A stretch of 31,775 nt of DNA from Armatimonadota bacterium (lineage in GTDB: Bacteria; Armatimonadota; Fimbriimonadia; Fimbriimonadales; ATM1). The translations under genes and the position numbers were made by a program. The stretch lies in NCBI GenBank assembly GCA_003695835.1, contig RFHN01000150.1, forward strand, positions 1 to 31,775. Direction: 5' to 3'. Shown in pieces: positions 18,670-26,882 of the stretch (position 1 is its first letter; every line of letters begins with the position of its first letter). The notes beneath the pieces were generated by a model. That model made no database searches, was not told the origin of the DNA, and saw only the letters and a program-made list of their open reading frames with translations.

Positions 18670-19791
18670 ATGATAGATCCGCGAGTGACAAAGCTGGCCC
18701 AAATGCTGTGCAAGCACAGCACGCGCCTCAAGAGAGGCGACAACGTCTTGATCGAAGCGTTTGACATCCCTCCCGATTGTGTCGCCGAACTCGTGCGCGT
18801 GGCCCACTCGTTTGGAGCGAACGTGTTCGTTCAGAACTACTCCACGAAGGTCCAGAGAACGCTCCTCTTGGGGATGACCGAGCAAAACGCGCGCGCCTAC
18901 GCCGAAGTGGACCGGTTCCGGATGGAGAAGATGGACGCCTACATCGCGCTTCGCGGGGCCGACAACGCGATGGAGTCCAGCGACGTTCCCGCGAAGAAGA
19001 TGAAGCTCTGGAACCAACTCTACGCGGTACCCGTTCACTTCGAGACGCGAGTGCCGAAGACTCGATGGGTCGTGCTCCGCTGGCCCAGCCCGAGCATGGC
19101 ACAACAAGCGAAGATGAGCACAGAGGCATTTGAAGACTTCTATTTCCGTGTCTGCACCTTGGACTACGGGAAGATGGAGAAGGCGGTGCAACCGCTCAAG
19201 CGCCTGATGCGCAAGACGGACGTCGTCGAGATCAAGGGACCGGGCACCGACCTTCGCTTCTCGATCAAGGGCATCGGTGTCGTCCCCTGCATCGGTCTGC
19301 GGAACATCCCAGACGGCGAATGTTTCACGGCTCCCGTGAAGAACTCGGTGAACGGCACCCTACAGTACAACACCGATACGCTTTATCAGGGAAAGGTGTT
19401 CTCCCGACCGAAACTGACCTTCAAGGATGGCAAGATCGTGGACGTCGACGCGGGAGATGCGACGAAAGAGATGAAGCGAATTCTCGACACCGACGAAGGC
19501 GCGCGATACATCGGAGAGTGGAGCCTCGGATTCAACCCGTACATCCTTCACCCGATGCTCGACACCCTTTTTGATGAGAAGATCGCCGGTAGCTTCCACA
19601 TGACGCCAGGAAACGCCTACGACGATGCGGACAACGGCAACCGGAGCGCCGTCCACTGGGATATGGTCTGCATCCAGCGACCGGAGTACGGCGGCGGCGA
19701 GATCTATTTCGACGGCAAGCTGATCCGCAAGGACGGCCTCTTCGTCCATCCGGAGCTAAAGAACCTCAATCCCGATAAGCTCGGGCGTTAG
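18670..19791 (+). CDS. Aminopeptidase, M29 (thermophilic metalloprotease / AmpS-PepS) family
   Basis: 'RWVVLRWPS', 'NIPDGECFTAP', 'ARYIGEWSLG', 'LFDEKIAGSFH', 'SAVHWDMV'. Confidence 0.93.
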   Translation: MIDPRVTKLAQMLCKHSTRLKRGDNVLIEAFDIPPDCVAELVRVAHSFGANVFVQNYSTKVQRTLLLGMTEQNARAYAEVDRFRMEKMDAYIALRGADNAMESSDVPAKKMKLWNQLYAVPVHFETRVPKTRWVVLRWPSPSMAQQAKMSTEAFEDFYFRVCTLDYGKMEKAVQPLKRLMRKTDVVEIKGPGTDLRFSIKGIGVVPCIGLRNIPDGECFTAPVKNSVNGTLQYNTDTLYQGKVFSRPKLTFKDGKIVDVDAGDATKEMKRILDTDEGARYIGEWSLGFNPYILHPMLDTLFDEKIAGSFHMTPGNAYDDADNGNRSAVHWDMVCIQRPEYGGGEIYFDGKLIRKDGLFVHPELKNLNPDKLGR

Positions 19792-21674
19792 TTCCCAACG
19801 CTTGCCAGATTGCTCCCGAGTTCGCGAAGTCCTCGGGCCGCATCGGCGTTGTACGGATTGATCCTCAGCGCTCGCTCGTAATAGCGTTGAGCGAGGTCCC
19901 TCCGCCCGGCTTGACGAAGGCTTTCGGCTACCTGTGCCTCCGCCTGATCCCAAGGCGGAAGCACCTCGAGTGCGGCATTCACATGCTTGAGACCGTTGGC
20001 GACATCGCCGAGGTGAATCAGGCTCACCCCAAGGCAGTAGTCCGCATTGGCGTTCGATGGATCGAGAGCCAAGGCGCGTTCAAGGTAGGGTTTCGCCTCT
20101 CGATAACGGGTACCGTTGAACAGAAAGAGCCCCAGCCTCCAGGTCTCAGAGGGCGTTGCCGGGTCAGGTAACCGCGCCACGATGGCAGCAATCAACTTGT
20201 CACCGACCGCCTCGTCCCGAATCGCGTTCAGGTTCTTGAACAACTGCTCCCAAAGCGCGCCTTCGTAGGGCGCTGCGGCAAGTGCCGAACCCAGACGGCT
20301 CACGGAGGCGACGAGCAGAGATTGCGCCCTCGAAGCGTGCAGTTTCGCCAAGATCGGAGCATCGGCCTCAATGCCGTCCGCTATGGAGTAGTACACGTTG
20401 GCGATGCGCAGCTCCGTGGCAGCGGGGGTAACTTCCGGCCTCACGCTCTCCAAGGCATCTCTCGCGAACGAGGCGGCAAGCGTGTAAGCCCGGAGCGTTG
20501 TGAGGTACTCCGCCAGACGCAGAGACGTGATGAGCGCCGAATGCTCTTGCTCCACACCGTCCCAGACGCCCTTCCAAGGAACGGCAAGATGGTAGGAAAC
20601 GGCTTCGGCGTTTCGGAACCGTTGCGCGTCTGCCGCCAGCTCGGCGGGATCAATCGGGCCAGTGTATATCTTAACGATCCTTCCTTTGGAGTTGACTAAG
20701 ATACTGCTGGGCAGCACGATATCCTGCTCGCGATCGGTGATGACGCGCTGCAGGGCTTGGAACAGCTGCGTGACGCCCGCAGGCGCCGGGCCAGCCTGAT
20801 ACCAATAGCCCTTCTCGCGGAACAGGTTCGCCGCCTTCTCCATGTCCTTGGGATCGTCCAGGCTCAACGCGACAATCTGCACGCCCGCGTCTTCGAGCAA
20901 CGATCGCCTCTCTTGGAAAACCTCCATCTCTTTCAGGCACGCAGCGCACCACGATGCCCAGAAGTTGATCAGCGTCGCCTTCCCCGCACCTACCACGGAA
21001 ATCACGTTGTTGTCGAAGGTCCGGAAGCCGGTGAGCGGAGAGCGAGGCGGATAGGCAAGCGCCACGGAACCGGTGCGAGTGAAGTGAGCTTCCGGAATCC
21101 GTTTCGCCGGCCAACCCAACGGTTGCTCGAGATCAAGACGCTGTACCTCTTTCTTCCCTTCTGTGATCACGTACCGCGCATTGGCTGACAGACCGGAGTG
21201 GGTCTCGACCACACCCGAGGGCCAGCGCACTCGGATCGAGACGGGGCCGCTGTGCTGACCGAGGCCGAAGAAGATCCATCCTGGCCCCTGCGCGAGGAAT
21301 CCCGACCCGGCGCGCACGGTCTCGATCAAGGGTTTGTCCAAGCCGAGCACTTCCACCCGCGCTCCGATCGCGTCCCGGTTGGAAGACGAACCCACCAGCC
21401 GCACTTGAAGAGACCGATTGCCCGTTTCGACCTGGTTGAGCAGGAAGCGCAGCTGGGGGCCAGTTCGGTTTCTCAACCAAACATCGAGATCGCCGTCGCC
21501 ATCCCAATCGTAGAACACGACGCCGCGAGCGTCATCCGAATAGAGCACGCCCGCCACATACGAGATATCGTAGAAGCGACCGCTCCCCGAGTTGATCATC
21601 GCAACGTCCGGCTCATGACCGCTCCAACTACGCCCCAATCGCAACTGCGCCTGCAACGCCGACCAGCTGTTCAT
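19788..21674 (-). CDS. ASPIC/UnbV + TlpA-like redoxin (WCAAC) + TPR segment; probably the C-terminal half of a UGA-recoded gene 19788-23543
   Basis: One FG-GAP-like repeat (YDWDGDGDLD); ASPIC 'NRDAIGARVEV...GSGFLAQ..FFGLG...IRVRWPSG'; 'INFWASWCAAC'; C-terminal TPRs. No SD or signal peptide at ATG 21674; in frame with the upstream ORF. Confidence 0.8.
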   Translation of the reverse strand: MNSWSALQAQLRLGRSWSGHEPDVAMINSGSGRFYDISYVAGVLYSDDARGVVFYDWDGDGDLDVWLRNRTGPQLRFLLNQVETGNRSLQVRLVGSSSNRDAIGARVEVLGLDKPLIETVRAGSGFLAQGPGWIFFGLGQHSGPVSIRVRWPSGVVETHSGLSANARYVITEGKKEVQRLDLEQPLGWPAKRIPEAHFTRTGSVALAYPPRSPLTGFRTFDNNVISVVGAGKATLINFWASWCAACLKEMEVFQERRSLLEDAGVQIVALSLDDPKDMEKAANLFREKGYWYQAGPAPAGVTQLFQALQRVITDREQDIVLPSSILVNSKGRIVKIYTGPIDPAELAADAQRFRNAEAVSYHLAVPWKGVWDGVEQEHSALITSLRLAEYLTTLRAYTLAASFARDALESVRPEVTPAATELRIANVYYSIADGIEADAPILAKLHASRAQSLLVASVSRLGSALAAAPYEGALWEQLFKNLNAIRDEAVGDKLIAAIVARLPDPATPSETWRLGLFLFNGTRYREAKPYLERALALDPSNANADYCLGVSLIHLGDVANGLKHVNAALEVLPPWDQAEAQVAESLRQAGRRDLAQRYYERALRINPYNADAARGLRELGSNLASVGN

Positions 21675-21707
21675 GTAAGCCGTTGCGTCCGCGCCCTTGA
21701 CCGGAGA

Positions 21708-21729
21708 CTGCGCCGCGACGCGGCGCCAG
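21708..21729 (-). promoter_or_regulatory. SECIS-like hairpin downstream of the in-frame UGA
   Basis: On the minus strand: UGA, an 11-nt spacer, then GCGCCGC-GUC-GCGGCGC (7-bp stem at 21710-21726, G-first 3-nt loop), extendable by CU/AG with one bulged G. Confidence 0.55.
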
Positions 21730-21737
21730 AAGAAGCT

Positions 21738-23543
21738 TCACAAGTCGTCCGCGTCGGTGTTCGTGATGAAACCGTTCGGGCTGATGATGTCCAGCCACCC
21801 GTCGCCGTTCAAATCCCCGAAGTGCGCCCCCCAAGCAAATCGCCCCATCTCGGCGCGCGCTTCTTGCGTCACGTCTTTGAACCGGCCATCTCCCTGGTTT
21901 TCGAATAGACTGTTCCCTCTTGCGAAATATTGCAGGTTTCGCGTGTTCGCCGCCTTGGGCTTGAAGAACCGGTTGTAAGTGACACGATTGCCCGCAGAGG
22001 ACCACATGTTGGTTACGTAGAGGTCCATCCAACCGTCTCGGTCATAGTCCCCCCAGGAAACGCCCATCCCGGCCGCTTGGTCTTGGACTCCAGCTTGGGC
22101 GGCGACCTCTACGAACTTTCCGCCGTCGTTTCGATAGAGTTGGTTCGGACCGAAGTCGTTCGCTACGTACAGGTCCTGGTCCCCATCGTTGTCGTAGTCC
22201 TCCCACGCCGCGGCGAACGTCTGCCGGTTGTTGTTGGCTCCCAGCCCCACCTCGTCGGTCACGTTCCGGAACTGGAAGTTGCCCTCGTTCTTGAGCAGCG
22301 TGTTCGGCAATCCTTGATCCGAGTCGTAGATGCTTGAGCTCGTCGAGTTCGCCTGGCCGCTCGAGGTGTACTCACAAAGGTAGAGGTCAACGAGTCCGTC
22401 GCGATCGTAGTCCGCGGCGGCCATCGAAGTCAGCATGATCACGCGATACCGTCCGCGCGGCTCGAATCGCCCCTTGCCGTCGCCCTTCAGAAAGACGACA
22501 TGCGAAGCGGTGCCTACGACGAGATCGCGATTTCCGTCGTTGTCGAGGTCGAGGATGAGCGCGCTTGACGTGTCGTTGAGCAGCTCCGCACCGGAACCCT
22601 CCGAAATGTCTTTGAGCCTCCCGTCCGGTTGGTGGAGATAGAGCCGGTTCGGCAGACCGCCCGGTTCGCACACGTAGAGGTCGTCCAGGCCGTCGTTGTT
22701 GATGTCTCCAAACGCAAAGCCGTGGTGGCCGGAGAGATTGGCGCCCATCGAAAAGTCCAGCCCTCCCCACCACCGTTCGTGCCCGTAGCGGATCTGCTCG
22801 AAACTCTCGACGCCGCTAAACACGCTTTCCGTCGCCTCCCGAAGGAACTGGCGCGCGCGGGTGACCTCCTCGAACTCCTCAACCTTGAGCGACGTGAGAA
22901 TGGGCTTGTCGGCTCCTTGTGAGAGATCCCACTCCATCGCCCACTTCGCGTTTTGCTGTACGGACCCCGCCGGCCCTCCATCCTGTTGAGTCCCGTCCGC
23001 GCCGGAGCTGCCCGCTCCCAAATACAACGCAGTGCTGAATCCCTTCGTCCCGACTGCCTCGGAGCGGATGATCTTGAACTTCACCATGTCCACTCGCTCG
23101 CCGAGACGTTGCCTCATCGCCCGCCATTGCTGCGCGAGCGCACTCGGGCCCCGAGCCTCCAGTGGCTTGGCTTCCCCTGCCAGGACAGTCAATCCGTCCC
23201 TCTCCCACTTCGCGCTCAGCGAGCTGGGGCGAAGCTCAGTGAGGGTCGCTCCATCCGAGACGTAATCGCCGATTCCCTCCCCGGCGGCAATGGCCTTATC
23301 AATGGAAGAGAGAACTTTGCCGGCGCTACTGTTCAAGACTTCGCCCAGACCGACTTCGCCACCCTCTTTGGCAGCGTCAAAGAACGCCATCTCTTGCTCG
23401 ACCTGCTTGTCGAGCGAGATCGCGACTCCACCGAGCTCCTCGGCGCCAATCTGCGCCTGGCCCGCGCTGCGGTGGCCCTCCTGGGAACACCCCAACGCAA
23501 TGCCCGCACAGAGACAAAAGAATGCCAGCCTGCGTGCCCGCAC
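21738..23543 (-). CDS. CRTAC1 / FG-GAP (VCBS-like) repeat lipoprotein; probably the N-terminal half of a UGA-recoded gene 19788-23543
   Basis: GTG start with SD GGAGGAG; lipobox-like 'GIALG|C'; six DxDxDGxxD repeats; ends 'NGFITNTDADDL-UGA'. Confidence 0.85.
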   Translation of the reverse strand: MRARRLAFFCLCAGIALGCSQEGHRSAGQAQIGAEELGGVAISLDKQVEQEMAFFDAAKEGGEVGLGEVLNSSAGKVLSSIDKAIAAGEGIGDYVSDGATLTELRPSSLSAKWERDGLTVLAGEAKPLEARGPSALAQQWRAMRQRLGERVDMVKFKIIRSEAVGTKGFSTALYLGAGSSGADGTQQDGGPAGSVQQNAKWAMEWDLSQGADKPILTSLKVEEFEEVTRARQFLREATESVFSGVESFEQIRYGHERWWGGLDFSMGANLSGHHGFAFGDINNDGLDDLYVCEPGGLPNRLYLHQPDGRLKDISEGSGAELLNDTSSALILDLDNDGNRDLVVGTASHVVFLKGDGKGRFEPRGRYRVIMLTSMAAADYDRDGLVDLYLCEYTSSGQANSTSSSIYDSDQGLPNTLLKNEGNFQFRNVTDEVGLGANNNRQTFAAAWEDYDNDGDQDLYVANDFGPNQLYRNDGGKFVEVAAQAGVQDQAAGMGVSWGDYDRDGWMDLYVTNMWSSAGNRVTYNRFFKPKAANTRNLQYFARGNSLFENQGDGRFKDVTQEARAEMGRFAWGAHFGDLNGDGWLDIISPNGFITNTDADDL

Positions 23544-23578
23544 TTTTACTCCTCCATGGAGGAACTTGAGTATAACCC

Positions 23579-23614
23579 CAAAAAGGGCGTCCCTGCGTGC
23601 TGGGGACGCCCTTT
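23579..23614 (-). terminator. Intrinsic terminator of the DUF4139 gene
   Basis: 12-bp perfect inverted repeat AAAGGGCGTCCC (23582-23593) / GGGACGCCCTTT (23603-23614), followed by a T run on the minus strand, 20 nt after the stop. Confidence 0.8.
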
Positions 23615-23634
23615 CTCGTATCTTTACCTAGGTC

Positions 23635-25059
23635 TTACCAGGTCGTGCGGATCGTGTAGCGAACGACCCCTTCCTGGTCGGGCTGGAGCGTCAAGGTGTA
23701 CTTGAACGTGTTCGAATCCACTTTCTCGCTCTTTTGCGTTTCGTTCAGGATCTCCCAATCGCCCCAACCATGCTCGATGATCTCGACCGTCTCGGCTACC
23801 TTCTTCCGATTCCGCACTTTGATCTCGAATGTCTCCTCGACCACGTTGTTCGCAATCCGCCGGAAGGAAACCCTTCGCCGTTCCGCGGCTATGTCGAACG
23901 CGTCCCCCACATACAGGGAGAACTTCTCCTCCCGCGGCGTGTGGTCAATCAGGTCTTCGCCGACCATCTGAACCTGGCCTGAGGCGTCCCGCTTGTAAAC
24001 ACGAACTTTGCCCTTGGGCAACGGCATGCCGAGACCCGCCTTCTCGCTGTTGACCACGTCCACGAGGACGTTGGCCTTCAGATTCGGATCCGTGGCGTAA
24101 CCCTCGGCCGGCCGGTAGTTTCGGCCCGCGCCGTACCAGACGGAGCGCTGCCCTTCGATGACCAGCCGCTTCTTCACCGCGACGTTTTGCGCACTCAAGA
24201 GGCTGATCTGCTTGGTCTCGCGATTCCGAACCGTTGCGGGCCTGCCCAGAGTATAAAGGTGGTACTCGAAGAGACTCTCCTCTTCGAAACCGCGCGGGGC
24301 GCCTGCCTGCATCTCGACAGCGCCACCGCGGAACCGGACATCTTGGCGCGGCTGCACGCGCCGTACGTCACCGGCAATCAACTTCAGAGTCGCGTTCGCA
24401 TAGGTCGCTCCGGACTGATTGTTGATCGTCACCCAACCGTTCAGATCGGCCCGCGTGTCGTCCGCGCTCAACGTCAGAACATAATCCGCTGACCATGTGA
24501 TGTTGTTGGCCAAGTATGCGACTTCGATCTTTCTCTGCCCCGCGCCCTGTGCAAACAGATCCCACATCAGCGTAGGTTTGCTGATCAAGCCTTCGGGCAA
24601 CTCGAGGACCTCGATGGTCCCTTCCGGATTCAGGATGAAGCGCCCGTCGTCGGTCTGAAGGACCAGTCCGCTATAGACTTGGCGCGAACCGTCGCCCGAT
24701 GCCACCACGCGCCCCGGCGCGGCGAGCAGAACCCCTTCGGTGGTAACGCGCTGCCCCGACTCCAGCAACTGATGGAGCCGCACGCGCTTCCCAATGGATT
24801 TGGCAAGGATGCTCTCCGGCGAAAGCAAATCGTACTGATAGTTCTGCTCGAGCACCTCGAAGGGCGAGCCCTCCAGCCCCTTAATCGAGACGCTCGTCGG
24901 GTCAATCGAACCCGCGACGTCCTCGATCCGAAGCTCCTGGCGCCCGTTCTGGAGGGACACTTGGCGAACCTCCTTTACCAGCGCGAAGTTCGCGTTGTAG
25001 ATTGTGAGTTCCACGGACTGTGGCGCCAGCGCCACAGCAGCAAGAGTCGTCAAGAACAT
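23635..25059 (-). CDS. DUF4139 (with DUF4140-like N-terminus) secreted protein
   Basis: 'VELTIYNANFALVKEVR', 'SIDPTSV', 'EQNYQYDLLS', 'WSADYVL', 'FEYHLYTL', 'MPLPKGKVRVY', 'EDLIDHTP'. SD AAGGAG is best spaced to ATG 25059. Confidence 0.88.
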   Translation of the reverse strand: MFLTTLAAVALAPQSVELTIYNANFALVKEVRQVSLQNGRQELRIEDVAGSIDPTSVSIKGLEGSPFEVLEQNYQYDLLSPESILAKSIGKRVRLHQLLESGQRVTTEGVLLAAPGRVVASGDGSRQVYSGLVLQTDDGRFILNPEGTIEVLELPEGLISKPTLMWDLFAQGAGQRKIEVAYLANNITWSADYVLTLSADDTRADLNGWVTINNQSGATYANATLKLIAGDVRRVQPRQDVRFRGGAVEMQAGAPRGFEEESLFEYHLYTLGRPATVRNRETKQISLLSAQNVAVKKRLVIEGQRSVWYGAGRNYRPAEGYATDPNLKANVLVDVVNSEKAGLGMPLPKGKVRVYKRDASGQVQMVGEDLIDHTPREEKFSLYVGDAFDIAAERRRVSFRRIANNVVEETFEIKVRNRKKVAETVEIIEHGWGDWEILNETQKSEKVDSNTFKYTLTLQPDQEGVVRYTIRTTW

Positions 25060-25096
25060 ACTCATATCTCCTTTTTGGTTGTTTCGTGCACGCCCG

Positions 25097-26230
25097 TCAA
25101 TACAAGGGGAGACTACGGTCTACACGCCTGGCGTAGGCGTTGATGCCTCCCTCAATGTTATAGACGCGCGCAAAACCGTTTTGTAACAGCAGAGCCGCAA
25201 CCTCCCGGCTCCTCTCACCGACCCGACACACGACGAGAATCTCTCGTTCGCGCTCCAGCTCTGTCATTCGCATAGGGACCTCGTCCATCGGAATGTGCAA
25301 GGCGCCTTCGATTCGCGAGATTGCCAACTCCTCCGGCTCGCGAACGTCCAGCAGCAGCGCTCCGGCAGCCATGCGCTTGGGAATCTCCTCCGGGGCAATC
25401 TCCGGCACGCGCACCGCGTCCGTCGGTGCACAGGCCGAGGCGGCCTCTTCGAGGGAGCGAATGCTCGGGTTCTCGCCACAAACCGGACAATCCGGATTCC
25501 GGCTCACTTCGTACTCCCGAAACTCCGCACGCAAGGCGTCAAAACAAAGGAAGCGACCGACCAGGGGATCTCCAATACCGAGCAACAGCTTCAGAACCTC
25601 GTTCGCCTGGATCGCACCGAGTATCCCTGGCAGCACGCCGAGGACTCCCGCCTCCGCGCAGCTCGGCACAGAGCCGGGCGGGGGCGGATCTGGATAGAGG
25701 CAACGATAGCAAGGTCCGCCTTCGGCACAGAACACCGACGCTTGCCCGTCAAAGCGGAAAATCGAGGCATAGGCGTTCGGTTTCTTCAGGAGCACGCATG
25801 CATCGTTGACGAGATACCGTGTCGGGAAATTGTCCGTCCCATCCGCAACCACATCGTATTCCGACAGGATCTTCAGGACGTTCTCGGCCGATAGACGCTC
25901 GGCGTAGGTGACGATCTCGATGTGTGGGTTGTAGGCGCGAAGCTTCTCGGCAGCGCTTTCCGTCTTCAGTCGGCCGACATCCGAAGAGAGGTGCAGCGTC
26001 TGGCGTTGGAGGTTGCTTTCATCCACGACGTCGAAGTCCACGATGCCGATCCGCCCCACGCCCGCGCCGGCAAGATACCACGCGACCGGCGAGCCGAGAC
26101 CCCCCAAGCCGACGATCAAGGCGCTCGAACCCTTGAGCTTCCGCTGTCCCTCCGCGCCGACCTCCGGTAGGATGAGGTGGCGGGCGTACCGCTCGAGCTC
26201 CTCTTTCGTCAGCGACGGTCGTTCGACCAC
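25097..26230 (-). CDS. moeB: Molybdopterin-synthase adenylyltransferase with C-terminal rhodanese domain (MoeB/MoeZ)
   Basis: 'ERYARHLILPEVG', VGLGGLGS, 'DVVDESNLQRQ', CYRC/CPVC zinc pairs, 'SCAEAGVLG', rhodanese 'VCRVGERS'. Start set to GTG 26230 because the longer ORF overlaps maf. Confidence 0.92.
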   Translation of the reverse strand: MVERPSLTKEELERYARHLILPEVGAEGQRKLKGSSALIVGLGGLGSPVAWYLAGAGVGRIGIVDFDVVDESNLQRQTLHLSSDVGRLKTESAAEKLRAYNPHIEIVTYAERLSAENVLKILSEYDVVADGTDNFPTRYLVNDACVLLKKPNAYASIFRFDGQASVFCAEGGPCYRCLYPDPPPPGSVPSCAEAGVLGVLPGILGAIQANEVLKLLLGIGDPLVGRFLCFDALRAEFREYEVSRNPDCPVCGENPSIRSLEEAASACAPTDAVRVPEIAPEEIPKRMAAGALLLDVREPEELAISRIEGALHIPMDEVPMRMTELEREREILVVCRVGERSREVAALLLQNGFARVYNIEGGINAYARRVDRSLPLY

Positions 26231-26243
26231 AATCGCCTTGATT

Positions 26244-26843
26244 ATGGTCGCCAAGTACCCAGTCGTGCTCGCGAGCGCAAGCCCCCGAAGGCGCGAGCTG
26301 GTCCAGCGGATTTTCGACCGATTTGAGGTCGTGGATTCCGGCGTTCCCGAGCACCTGCCCGAGTTTGGCGACCCGGAGAGAGTCGCCAAGCGGTTGGCTC
26401 GCGCCAAGGCTCTGGGAGTGGCAGTCGAGCGGCGCGAGGCGATCGTCCTCGGGGCTGACACGGTCGTCGCGGTCGGCGAACGGCTCCTTGCCAAACCGGA
26501 GACGCCGGCAGAAGCGGAAGAGATGCTCAGGATGTTGAGTGGCCGCGAACACACCGTCACGACAGCGGTCGCGATCCTGTACCCAGCCGACGACGAGACG
26601 CGCGCGCATGTCTTCGCGGACACGACTCGAGTCCGGTTTCGGTCCCTGACGGATGCGGAGATTCGCGCCTACGTGGAGACCGGCGAACCGATGGACAAAG
26701 CCGGAGCCTACGCTATCCAAGGCGGGGCCGCGGCGTTCGTCGAGAGTGTCGAAGGGGACGTCGACACCGTCATCGGACTGCCGGTCAGCCGCCTACGAGA
26801 GACGCTGCTCCGCCTCAGCCTTGCCTGCGACGTTGACGAGTAG
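26244..26843 (+). CDS. maf: Maf family nucleoside triphosphate pyrophosphatase (YhdE-like)
   Basis: 'VLASASPRRREL', 'GADTVV', 'LSGREHTVTTAV', 'DKAGAYAIQG', 'VIGLP'. Confidence 0.95.
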   Translation: MVAKYPVVLASASPRRRELVQRIFDRFEVVDSGVPEHLPEFGDPERVAKRLARAKALGVAVERREAIVLGADTVVAVGERLLAKPETPAEAEEMLRMLSGREHTVTTAVAILYPADDETRAHVFADTTRVRFRSLTDAEIRAYVETGEPMDKAGAYAIQGGAAAFVESVEGDVDTVIGLPVSRLRETLLRLSLACDVDE

Positions 26844-26882
26844 GTGCGCGCGGCGTGCGCCCACAAGGGCGAAGCAAGATCC

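Noticed and set aside
17677-19191. 504-aa minus-strand ORF
   Set aside because: Antisense across three well-supported plus-strand genes; no motifs or RBS.
19788-19791. 4-nt TTAG stop-codon overlaps of convergent genes (also at 4831-4834)
   Set aside because: Common in compact bacterial genomes; no further signal.
25097-26230. moeB/rhodanese as a selenium-delivery partner for the candidate selenoprotein
   Set aside because: Only proximity supports it. The genes are separated by DUF4139 and a terminator, and MoeB has a sufficient ordinary role.
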